Virus record (IMG/VR): IMGVR_UViG_3300032327_000475
Span: 1 to 43,672 of that record
Length of the DNA stretch: 43,672 nucleotides
Strand: one strand, 5' to 3'
Origin: a virus
Lineage: Duplodnaviria > Caudoviricetes
Position numbers and translations under genes: made by a program. The notes beneath the pieces were generated by a model that searched no databases, was not told the DNA's origin, and worked only from the letters and a program-made list of their open reading frames with translations. Below are positions 36,754 to 43,672 of the stretch, piece by piece (within the stretch, counting starts at the first letter, position 1; each line of letters starts with the position of its first letter).

Positions 36754-36946
36754 ACACTAAAGATACGAACCAAAGTTCAGTTAGGCAAGCATTATTTTAC
36801 TTTCCAGACTATTTATTATAGAGGCAGGCTTTCACCCACCATCATTTGATACCGGGAGTTACGACGATTGAAACCAGCCTTAAAGACGTACTAGAATGCT
36901 TTCAACAGCACAGCCCCCCTAATACCCGGGTCAAATTTTTTTTTGT

Positions 36947-37450
36947 CTACGCCTTGCTCCTACGGCCGGCTCTACGGTTTACTCCTACGGTTCCCTAATG
37001 CTACAGTTGACTCTCCTACGGTTTACTATGTGCTACGGCTGTCTCCCTACGGTATTCTCTACGGTTATCTTGATCGATTCGATAAGGAACCCCCCTAAAA
37101 AACTTAATTTCTATAGAAAGTTGCTTTAAGGAGGCATTTATGCTACAATTCTCTATCCTACCCAGCATTCTTTCTTTCTATTCTTTCTACACATTATTCT
37201 ACATTCTTATATCTTATTCTATATTGTATACTATTGTTTAATACACATTACAGTTTTCTCCTACACTTCCCTACTTCCTATATTCTTTATTCTTTTATAC
37301 AATTTTAATATGTTTCTCTATGGTTTTCTTAGGGTCTATGATAGTCTCTACGGCCTACTGTACAGTTGGCTCTACAGTTGACTCCCTACGGTCGTCTACT
37401 ACGATCTTCTCTACGGTTTACTTACTCTACGTCTTTTTCTTATACAGTTG
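36947..37450 (+). repeat. Two arrays of CTACGG-type hexamers flanking a G-poor, T/C-skewed non-coding tract (candidate origin or packaging/terminus signal)
   Basis: CTACGG at 36960, 36972, 36985, 37016, 37033, 37047, 37059, 37348, 37386, 37411 plus CTACAG/CTACGN variants. Confidence 0.8.
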
Positions 37451-37484
37451 TCTATATTCTATTCTTATTCTATTTTATCTTAAT

Positions 37485-38000
37485 CTAATTTACTAATGAC
37501 TCTTTTACTATCTTCTCTCTCATATACTTCTCTATCCTATTATTATATTCTATATAGAACGCTGAAGTATTATTTATCTTATCATCACTCCTTTTCTCCT
37601 TAAGGCAAATTTCTATCAAGTTATCCCAGATCATTTGCTTTATATCAGAGTCTAAAAAAGGGTAATTACTTCTAAAGGACGCTTGTCTAAATTCTTCTAG
37701 CCTTTTATATTCTTCCTGTACAAGTTCTTCCTGTACTTTCATTATGCTTACCCTTGCTTTCTTAAAGGCTTGATCAATATTCTCTCTAATGGATTCATCC
37801 GTTATGCCTTTACTCTTACTCGTTACCCAGTACTCCTTAGTTCGTTTCTCCAGGCTCTTCCTTTGTTTGATTAAGTCGTTCTTAACGTCGTTAGGGTATT
37901 CAAAGTCCCCGTTCTCGATCTGCTTCTCAATGGAGAATTTAACTCCTAGCTTCTTATGTCTTGGACCTCTAACCCAGTATTGAAATCTATTGTAGCTCAT
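37485..38000 (-). CDS. Hypothetical protein
   Basis: Own promoter; IENGDFEY. Confidence 0.7.
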   Translation of the reverse strand: MSYNRFQYWVRGPRHKKLGVKFSIEKQIENGDFEYPNDVKNDLIKQRKSLEKRTKEYWVTSKSKGITDESIRENIDQAFKKARVSIMKVQEELVQEEYKRLEEFRQASFRSNYPFLDSDIKQMIWDNLIEICLKEKRSDDKINNTSAFYIEYNNRIEKYMREKIVKESLVN

Positions 38001-38043
38001 TACCTAAAGATACGAATAATGATTCAGATAAGCAACTGTTTTT

Positions 38044-38253
38044 TTATTGTCGTAGGTTTAGTATTCTGATCAGTTCATCTGCACACGATACTGCCTCTCC
38101 TGCTATGAGTGTTTCATTCCGCCCATGCTCATTTCTTGTTAATAATCCTTGCATTGCCATTGCTGCAAAGTATTCACGTTTAGTCAGACCATTATGTGGA
38201 TAGTTTGTACTATTGTAAACTGGATGGTATGGTTCTATTTTATTGTTGTTCAT
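38044..38253 (-). CDS. Common small phage protein (GLTKREYFAAMAMQG family)
   Basis: GLTKREYFAAMAMQGLL...AV..ADELI. Confidence 0.75.
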   Translation of the reverse strand: MNNNKIEPYHPVYNSTNYPHNGLTKREYFAAMAMQGLLTRNEHGRNETLIAGEAVSCADELIRILNLRQ

Positions 38254-38302
38254 TTGTTACCTCCGTATGTTTCGTTAAATTGTTTATCATTTGTTTGTTT
38301 TG

Positions 38303-38524
38303 TTATAGTAATCTACCATCTCCGCTTTCATACCATTTTTCAACACTTCCATATTTAGCGATGCTATTGTTTGAATTGGTTTCAACTTTGCGATATTGAG
38401 TTCTCCATTCTTGCCTAGTTTTATCATCAGCATCTTTACTATATGTGCCAGAAAAAATCGCTAATTCGTCAATTTCAATATCTGTTAATTGAAATGAATC
38501 TTTTACTTTAAAATTTGTTTTCAT
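38303..38524 (-). CDS. Hypothetical protein
   Basis: GGAGGTAACAAATG start. Confidence 0.6.
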   Translation of the reverse strand: MKTNFKVKDSFQLTDIEIDELAIFSGTYSKDADDKTRQEWRTQYRKVETNSNNSIAKYGSVEKWYESGDGRLL

Positions 38525-38564
38525 TTGTTACCTCCGTATGTTAATTAGTAATAATCATGGTTTT

Positions 38565-38855
38565 TTAATCTTCTTGTATTTCATCGTAAAAATCTTGTGC
38601 TGTTGCTAAAACTATTACGTTTCCATCTGTGCAACAATAGAGATAAGTATTCGCAAAATCAATCATTTGCTCCTTCTCCATTTCTTTGGCTTCAATAGCA
38701 TAAGTAAGAAAATATCTTGCTTGAGATAATCTTGCTTTTAGTTGTACTTTAGTTAATTCATCATTACAACAATCTAAAGATGATTCTAAATATGTAATAC
38801 TTTCTTTAAAATTAATAATTAATTTATCTACTGCTGTTTGTTTTTCGTTACTCAT
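38565..38855 (-). CDS. QTAV-family hypothetical protein
   Basis: MSNEKQTAVDKL...AKEMEKEQM. Confidence 0.7.
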   Translation of the reverse strand: MSNEKQTAVDKLIINFKESITYLESSLDCCNDELTKVQLKARLSQARYFLTYAIEAKEMEKEQMIDFANTYLYCCTDGNVIVLATAQDFYDEIQED

Positions 38856-39276
38856 TTGTTACCTCCTTTACTTCACTATCCTGTTCCTCTAATATGAATT
38901 TTAAATCTAATGCTATGATTTTAGTTTTAGCTTCATTGCAGTATGCTGTTGCTTGGAAGCCACCTGTACTATTAATAATTCCTTGCTCCCAATGTGATTC
39001 TAGATAGTCCTCTAATCTTAATTCAGCAGCACTTTTAAGTAAGTAAACAGCTGTTTCTTTTAATTGTTTAATTGATGGAACTCCTTTACTAGCCCACTGC
39101 CAATCTAAAGCCTCCATTGCCGTCTGTACTTTATCGAAGTCAAAATTATCCATGATGTCATCAATCATTTGATTCACAGGATCAAAATAAATTTTTGGTT
39201 TAGGCTGCTCCATTGCTTTACCTAATAATGCATGGAGTACTTTAATTTCTTCTTCTGATAGATTTTGTATATTCAT
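38848..39276 (-). CDS. Hypothetical protein
   Basis: IMDNFDFDKV...LDWQW...STGGF; own promoter. Confidence 0.75.
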   Translation of the reverse strand: MNIQNLSEEEIKVLHALLGKAMEQPKPKIYFDPVNQMIDDIMDNFDFDKVQTAMEALDWQWASKGVPSIKQLKETAVYLLKSAAELRLEDYLESHWEQGIINSTGGFQATAYCNEAKTKIIALDLKFILEEQDSEVKEVTNE

Positions 39277-39332
39277 AACTTGTTTATTTTTCTATACCTA
39301 AAGATACGAACTATTGCTTGAAGTTCCAACTA

Positions 39333-39899
39333 TTAATTCCACCAACCCTCAATCTTTTCTTCCAAGATTTTGAATAGGAGTTTACGAGCCTTTAAATGCC
39401 TTTCCAGGCCTACTGCTAAAGCAAATGCCATATCCTCCTGATAGCCTTTATACTTTGAATTGTTTTTTACAAGCTTATGAGTGCTGGGATACTTAGCAAG
39501 ATACTCTGCTATATTATCTCTATGGATTGTTTCTTGAAGTTCGAAAGAAGAACCTTCATTTGCTATTTTTAAATCTAAATCAACATAATCAAAGTATTCA
39601 TCCGGATAATAATTGTTTTGGAGTCTTTCAATCAGCTTCTTACAGATCTTCATATACCTAATATCTTCCTCACAGCCTTCAAACCTTTGGTTGGTCTGAA
39701 ATGCTTTGATCATATTATCAAGCTTGCTCTCCATCATCTCTAAAAGGAAATAGTAATCCCAATCTCGGTCTTTCCAGATAATAGGGAACCATTTCCAAAG
39801 GTTCTTAACCCCTGTACTTACTCTCCTAGGGAAGTGTTTAGCATCCCACATAAACCAGCGGTAGACCTTCCAATACCATTCATTATATTCTTTGTTCAT
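39333..39899 (-). CDS. Hypothetical phage protein
   Basis: WFPIIWKDRDWDY...IEGWWN. Confidence 0.75.
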   Translation of the reverse strand: MNKEYNEWYWKVYRWFMWDAKHFPRRVSTGVKNLWKWFPIIWKDRDWDYYFLLEMMESKLDNMIKAFQTNQRFEGCEEDIRYMKICKKLIERLQNNYYPDEYFDYVDLDLKIANEGSSFELQETIHRDNIAEYLAKYPSTHKLVKNNSKYKGYQEDMAFALAVGLERHLKARKLLFKILEEKIEGWWN

Positions 39900-40081
39900 T
39901 TGTCACCTCCTTCATATGTTTCGTTTTCTTTAATTCCAAACCATTCATTATATTTTTCACCACTAAGTAAAATCCATTCTTCACAAATAAATGTTTTGCA
40001 GTTTTTACCTAATTCTTCTACCTCATATAAAGTTTCAAATATCATTTGTTTACCTTGATTGTCTTGAATTATAATTTTCAT
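39896..40081 (-). CDS. Hypothetical protein
   Basis: ATGA-coupled on both sides; ends NETYEGGDK. Confidence 0.65.
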   Translation of the reverse strand: MKIIIQDNQGKQMIFETLYEVEELGKNCKTFICEEWILLSGEKYNEWFGIKENETYEGGDK

Positions 40082-40275
40082 TTGTTACCTCCTTGTTCTA
40101 CTCTAAAACCCCAACAAAAGAATGGATAATTTGCCATCCATTTTTTCCCGTACTTGTCTTGATACAAGTAAACTTCCTTACCTACAACTTTATCAATAAA
40201 TAAAAACCCTATTCTACGCATGGTTACTCTACTTATTAATGTTTTCATTGCCGTTTGTTTTGTTTCGTTGCTCAT
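40078..40275 (-). CDS. Hypothetical protein with QTA-type N-terminus (start corrected to MSNET)
   Basis: MSNETKQTAM...EQGGNK. Confidence 0.65.
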   Translation of the reverse strand: MSNETKQTAMKTLISRVTMRRIGFLFIDKVVGKEVYLYQDKYGKKWMANYPFFCWGFRVEQGGNK

Positions 40276-40339
40276 ATTTTTCAATACCTAAAGATAAGAA
40301 TAAAAAGGCGGGGAGGCAACTCCCCACCCTATTTTGTTT

Positions 40340-41125
40340 CTAGATATAAGATTCTGCTAATTGGTAAAGCTTCTCATTCAATTCAATATCCCTATTGAAG
40401 TTCTTGATTGATCTTGCAGTCTTATTTCTGCCTGTAGATGCTTTATATCTAAAACCTCCTCTAGACATTTTCTCCTGAATGACATTAAACACAACCCACA
40501 AATCATTTCCTTCATCTTCCTTACGGGTAGGTTTAAGAATCTCCTCCGGAGTTACTTCAGCTCCATTCTCTCCAAATCTAATTCCTAAAGCAGCTAAAGC
40601 AAATTCTGCTTTCTGCTCTTCAGTCAAAGTTACTTCTCTGAACTTATTCAAAGTTTCAATAGTAACCGGAAGTGCTTCTACAAGACCCATAACCGTCTGC
40701 TTTAAAGCATCAAAAGAATATCCTTTATGTCTGATAGACATTGCACCGAATTCCTTAGTAGCAATAATCAATCCATTGGTACAAACCAATCTAAATAATC
40801 CTGCTCTGAATTGGAATGAAGATAAACCATCATGAGAGTTACTTAAAAGGATCTGAGGATAAACTACCTCACCGTCTTCTGATGCAATAACCACGTTATC
40901 GTTTCTGAAGGTAATTAAATGCTTCTTATGGTCTGCAGTACCTTCTTTCTTAGAACGTACCTGCTTGGCATCGGTTACTCCCCATCCAAGTTTTGCCATA
41001 TCTTTGATAAGGTCCATGGTTGGAACGTGAACGTACTTTTCAGATACATTAGCAGCTGAGGTTGTACTTACTGCTGCTGGTGCAGCTTGAGCGATCTGGT
41101 CGAGGGTTAAAAATGTGTTTTTCAT
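40340..41125 (-). CDS. DUF932/DUF945-family protein
   Basis: NSHDGLSSFQFRAGLFRLVCTNGL; R.ED.GNDLW.VFNVIQE. Confidence 0.85.
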   Translation of the reverse strand: MKNTFLTLDQIAQAAPAAVSTTSAANVSEKYVHVPTMDLIKDMAKLGWGVTDAKQVRSKKEGTADHKKHLITFRNDNVVIASEDGEVVYPQILLSNSHDGLSSFQFRAGLFRLVCTNGLIIATKEFGAMSIRHKGYSFDALKQTVMGLVEALPVTIETLNKFREVTLTEEQKAEFALAALGIRFGENGAEVTPEEILKPTRKEDEGNDLWVVFNVIQEKMSRGGFRYKASTGRNKTARSIKNFNRDIELNEKLYQLAESYI

Positions 41126-41201
41126 AACTTTGATTTCTTATATCTATACCTAAAGATACGAACAATCGGCCGGGGAGGCAACTGTTATTTTATTTTTTTT
41201 G

Positions 41202-41295
41202 TAGTCAGGACAGGACTCGAACCTGTAAGCTTTTTGCCTTAACAAAGGTATCGGACAGAGAATCCAAAAGCGTTTACCAATTCCGCCACCTGACT
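41202..41295 (-). ncRNA. tRNA-like RNA copy 5
   Basis: AGTCAGGTGGCGGAATTGGTAAACGC...ACAGG TTCGAGT CCTGT CCTGACT-A. Confidence 0.8.
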
Positions 41296-41302
41296 ATATT
41301 AT

Positions 41303-41530
41303 TTAACCTGGCCAAAAACAATGTTTTGTTTTTATATTTATTTTCCAATCTGTAATCTCACCACTATCAATCTGTTTTTTTATTTCACTTATCATTACAT
41401 CAACATCCTGATTGGTTGGATAATCATCTTGTACTTCCACCTGTAATCCAGCTTCTCTAAGTGCCTTTACAATTACCTCTTTTGGATAAGCAATTGTTCC
41501 ACCAAGACCTGTTATTTCTACTGTTATCAT
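41303..41530 (-). CDS. Hypothetical protein between tRNA-like RNAs
   Basis: 75-aa ORF fills the gap. Confidence 0.7.
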   Translation of the reverse strand: MITVEITGLGGTIAYPKEVIVKALREAGLQVEVQDDYPTNQDVDVMISEIKKQIDSGEITDWKINIKTKHCFWPG

Positions 41531-41544
41531 AACTTATATTTTTG

Positions 41545-41646
41545 TAGTCAGGGCAAGAATCGAACTTGCAAGTGGTATATCCAAGTAATTGAGTTCCACC
41601 ATCTCAATGTATTTAGGGTATGCGTCTACCATTCCGCCACCTGACT
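41545..41646 (-). ncRNA. tRNA-like RNA copy 6
   Basis: AGTCAGGTGGCGGAATGGTAGACGC...GCAAG TTCGATT CTTGC CCTGACT-A; long irregular central stem. Confidence 0.8.
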
Positions 41647-41653
41647 ATTTTAT

Positions 41654-41932
41654 TTAGCTGTCAAAAACAACCATCATGCTTTCAATCCATGGATGTGCTT
41701 CAAAGAAAGTGGTGATCCATTTAACTTGCTCTTCATTATACTCCTCAGGAGTGTCAATTACATCTTGTTTTTTCCAAAATGCCGGTCCATATTCTCCACT
41801 TGTAATATCGTGTTTCCTAACAAAATCACATATGTCATTCCATTTCATAGTTGAATTTGATTCAATAAACCTAATCATATCACAATCATCTACATAATGA
41901 ACTTGTTGTGTTTGATCTAATACTTGTTTCAT
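41654..41932 (-). CDS. Hypothetical protein between tRNA-like RNAs
   Basis: 92-aa ORF fills the gap. Confidence 0.7.
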   Translation of the reverse strand: MKQVLDQTQQVHYVDDCDMIRFIESNSTMKWNDICDFVRKHDITSGEYGPAFWKKQDVIDTPEEYNEEQVKWITTFFEAHPWIESMMVVFDS

Positions 41933-41947
41933 ACTTATCTATTTTTG

Positions 41948-42088
41948 TAGTCAGGGCAAGAATCGAACTTGCTCCCGGGGACGATTCCCCTATCAGTTAC
42001 ACAGAGTTAATTACTTCCCTGCTTTACCTGCCGTATAACACTTCGTGGCCACTCCATGTTACCAAAGGTCTCCAAAGACCGCCTGACT
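41948..42088 (-). ncRNA. tRNA-like RNA copy 7 (141 nt, multi-hairpin interior)
   Basis: AGTCAGG/CCTGACT-A; GCAAG TTCGATT CTTGC; promoter at ~42107. Confidence 0.75.
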
Positions 42089-42155
42089 ATTTAATTTTAT
42101 TATACCTAAAGATAAGAACTAAAAGGGGAGTAAGCAACTACCCCCCTAATTATTT

Positions 42156-42401
42156 TTAGTCTTTTTTCGCTGCCGGACGACCACGTCTGCGCTTCTTAGC
42201 AGGCTTTGGTACACTTTGTTCTTCTTGGCTTTCAACCAACTGCTTAACTTCTGGTGCAGGAGCAGGGCATTCAGTAGTTAGTTCTTCATCAGCAAGTTCA
42301 TCTGCTAATTCTTCTTTAGCTTTCTTAGAGTGCTTCTCTAGTGCGAATCCAGCAATAACCACCGCTGCGATTACGAATACAATTAATAGTACGTCTGTCA
42401 T
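42156..42401 (-). CDS. Membrane-anchored protein with basic tail
   Basis: N-terminal TM helix; KKRRRGRPAAKK. Confidence 0.7.
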   Translation of the reverse strand: MTDVLLIVFVIAAVVIAGFALEKHSKKAKEELADELADEELTTECPAPAPEVKQLVESQEEQSVPKPAKKRRRGRPAAKKD

Positions 42402-42402
42402 T

Positions 42403-43320
42403 TTATTGTCTTAAAGTTTTTTTGTTTCTGTAATTAACGCTAGTAAACATGCCTGGTATTAAATCATGACTAGTTGCTCTAATTGGATTGATATCCAAGC
42501 CTCCTCTTCTGGTATACAAACAAGCAACCATTAGTTCTGAAGGATCGTAAGCTTCCATTAAGTGAACGTATATCATTTCACAAATTTCTTCATGAAAATG
42601 AGATACTTGTCTGTGAGATACAATGTACTTAGCGATTGATTCGAAATCCGGAGTCGTTGTACCAATCATATGAATATAAACATCACCCCAGTCTGGTTGA
42701 TTAGTTACTCTGCAATTTGATCTTAATAAGTTAGACTTGATCTTAGTTTCCGCATTAAATTCAGGCTCTAAAACACTAGCCTTTAACTGAGATGAATCTG
42801 AATGGAATGTATCAAATACAACCTCATCTAAGTTAACAAGCTGTGCAAGATCCATAAAGTCTGTTCCGAATTCAACCTCAGGAGTATTATCGTTCAAAAA
42901 GAATCTAACATTAACCTCACTACTCAAAGCTTCAGATAAATCCCTGGCAACAGTCTCTTGAACATACTTGCGGCATTCTTCTGCAGTCTGACCAGCCTTA
43001 GTCATATTAAATGAATTTAAGTAGAGCTTAATCGACTTTGACTCAACGTGTAAAGGAGAATCAGCACTATAGTAGATTTTCATCATACCAGATACCGGAA
43101 GTCCTTTCTCAGTCAGAGCTGAAACTTCATAAGCATTCCAAACATCCCCTCCTACAAAAGGAAGATCACCTTCTTTAATTCCATAAGACTCTCGATTAAA
43201 ATGACGAGGGATTGCTACTAGCAACGAAGGATCATAAAGGTCACTATAACCTTCCCCTCCTACTTTACCTAAGTGTTTTGATGCTATTCTAATAACATCG
43301 GCTTGTAAATTATTTTCCAT
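42403..43320 (-). CDS. queF: NADPH-dependent 7-cyano-7-deazaguanine (preQ0) reductase, bimodular type
   Basis: DVWNAYEVS, ESKSIKLYLNSF (QueF motif), LRSNC.VTNQPDWG, FHEE, YTRRGGLDINP. Confidence 0.93.
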   Translation of the reverse strand: MENNLQADVIRIASKHLGKVGGEGYSDLYDPSLLVAIPRHFNRESYGIKEGDLPFVGGDVWNAYEVSALTEKGLPVSGMMKIYYSADSPLHVESKSIKLYLNSFNMTKAGQTAEECRKYVQETVARDLSEALSSEVNVRFFLNDNTPEVEFGTDFMDLAQLVNLDEVVFDTFHSDSSQLKASVLEPEFNAETKIKSNLLRSNCRVTNQPDWGDVYIHMIGTTTPDFESIAKYIVSHRQVSHFHEEICEMIYVHLMEAYDPSELMVACLYTRRGGLDINPIRATSHDLIPGMFTSVNYRNKKTLRQ

Positions 43321-43672
43321 ATATTTTTTTAATTCTCTGTATTGTCATATAAGTAATTTTGTATTTCTCTTTAACCTTTTGCACACTACCTAGTGACTGT
43401 ATATCGTATAGTAGATTCTCAATAATAGGATCAAACCGTTCTTTGAGAAGTTTTAAATTTCTTTCAACATGTGTTGCTTTCATTTTTGCCCTGGTCTCCT
43501 CAGTTCTATAATAAGGTTCATTTAAACCCTTATTCCACGGTATGTGCCCTTTTTCAAAGGTTTTCATTTTTGCTTTCTGCTCCTCCGATTTAGGTTTCCC
43601 TTTTAACGCTAAACTCATTTTCTCTCGATACTCCGGGGTCGCTCTTTTTGTAAAGTCCGTATATTTTACTGG
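43310..43672 (-). CDS. C-terminus of a NUMOD3-motif protein (probable homing endonuclease), open to the window edge
   Basis: Frame stays open upstream of 43618; TPEYREKMS, KGKPKSEEQKAKM, IPWNKG, TEETRAKM. Confidence 0.65.
   Translation of the reverse strand, partial: PVKYTDFTKRATPEYREKMSLALKGKPKSEEQKAKMKTFEKGHIPWNKGLNEPYYRTEETRAKMKATHVERNLKLLKERFDPIIENLLYDIQSLGSVQKVKEKYKITYMTIQRIKKIYGK

Larger units (their letters stand above)
27545..42139 (-). promoter_or_regulatory. Dispersed array of ~29 near-identical early promoters, often with a terminator hairpin in the spacer
   Basis: (G/C)TTG-N20-TATCTTTAGGTAT; plus-strand ctaaagatacgaa-like at ~27545, 27756, 28721, 29200, 30095, 30926, 31307, 31616, 32446, 32626, 32956, 33639, 33907, 34200, 34417, 34843, 35066, 35409, 35922, 36250, 36453, 36758, 38006, 39299, 40289, 41151, 42107, plus two on the opposite strand. 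Confidence 0.85.

Noticed and set aside
41232-41268. Copy 5 as a real tRNA-Glu(CTC)
   Set aside because: A TTGGA-TTCTCTG-TCCGA hairpin exists but is displaced by extra bases, lacks purine 37, and the acceptor stem matches the family rather than tRNA-Glu.
27545-42139. Recurrent ~17-bp motif or tRNA-like repeats as a CRISPR array
   Set aside because: Spacing is irregular (hundreds of bp, whole genes between copies), the motif fits a promoter, and there is no cas operon. The PD-(D/E)XK gene sits in a replication context.
3175-42159. Other plus-strand ORFs in the track (e.g. 3175..3654, 5252..5470, 27135..27374, 40479..40835, 41908..42159)
   Set aside because: They overlap well-supported minus-strand genes or RNAs, have no promoter or leader, and show no motifs.
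1-43672. Stop-codon recoding or suppressor tRNA
   Set aside because: Long genes are intact under the standard code, TAG and TGA both end genes at sensible places, and the CTA-containing loop in tRNA-like copy 2 is not a proper anticodon arm.

Overview
This window is a 43.7-kb, AT-rich piece of a large T4-related myophage genome, read with the standard genetic code and with essentially all protein genes on the minus strand. The host is very likely Bacteroidota, because about 30 promoters match the Bacteroidota sigma-A pattern (TTG-N20-TAnnTTTA) and most leaders are A-rich without a Shine-Dalgarno. Positions 1-25 kb hold two tandem Pol-beta-like nucleotidyltransferases (one fused to an HxxH cytidylyltransferase-like domain and missed by the ORF track), a PD-(D/E)XK exonuclease, primase, a GIY-YIG nuclease, a baseplate/tail module, a gp55-like late sigma factor, an HD protein and probable head-packaged proteins; these late genes sit behind a TATTTAT motif. 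Positions 25.4-27.2 kb are a tRNA operon (Ile2/Met-CAT, Glu, Gln, Ser, atypical Met) interleaved with unexplained structured RNAs and a DIP1984-like gene. Positions 27.5-42 kb are an early, hyperplastic region of small ORFs, most with their own promoter, often with a terminator hairpin inside it; queF and a NUMOD3 gene end the window. The leading candidates for an undescribed system are: (1) seven tRNA-like RNAs with a shared covarying acceptor stem and T-arm but unrelated interiors and no canonical anticodon; (2) a DIP1984-like gene followed by a closed-stem RNA with 7-nt repeats; (3) a duplicated small RNA transcribed divergently from a small paralogous protein. All family assignments come from motif recognition by eye; no searches or folding programs were run.
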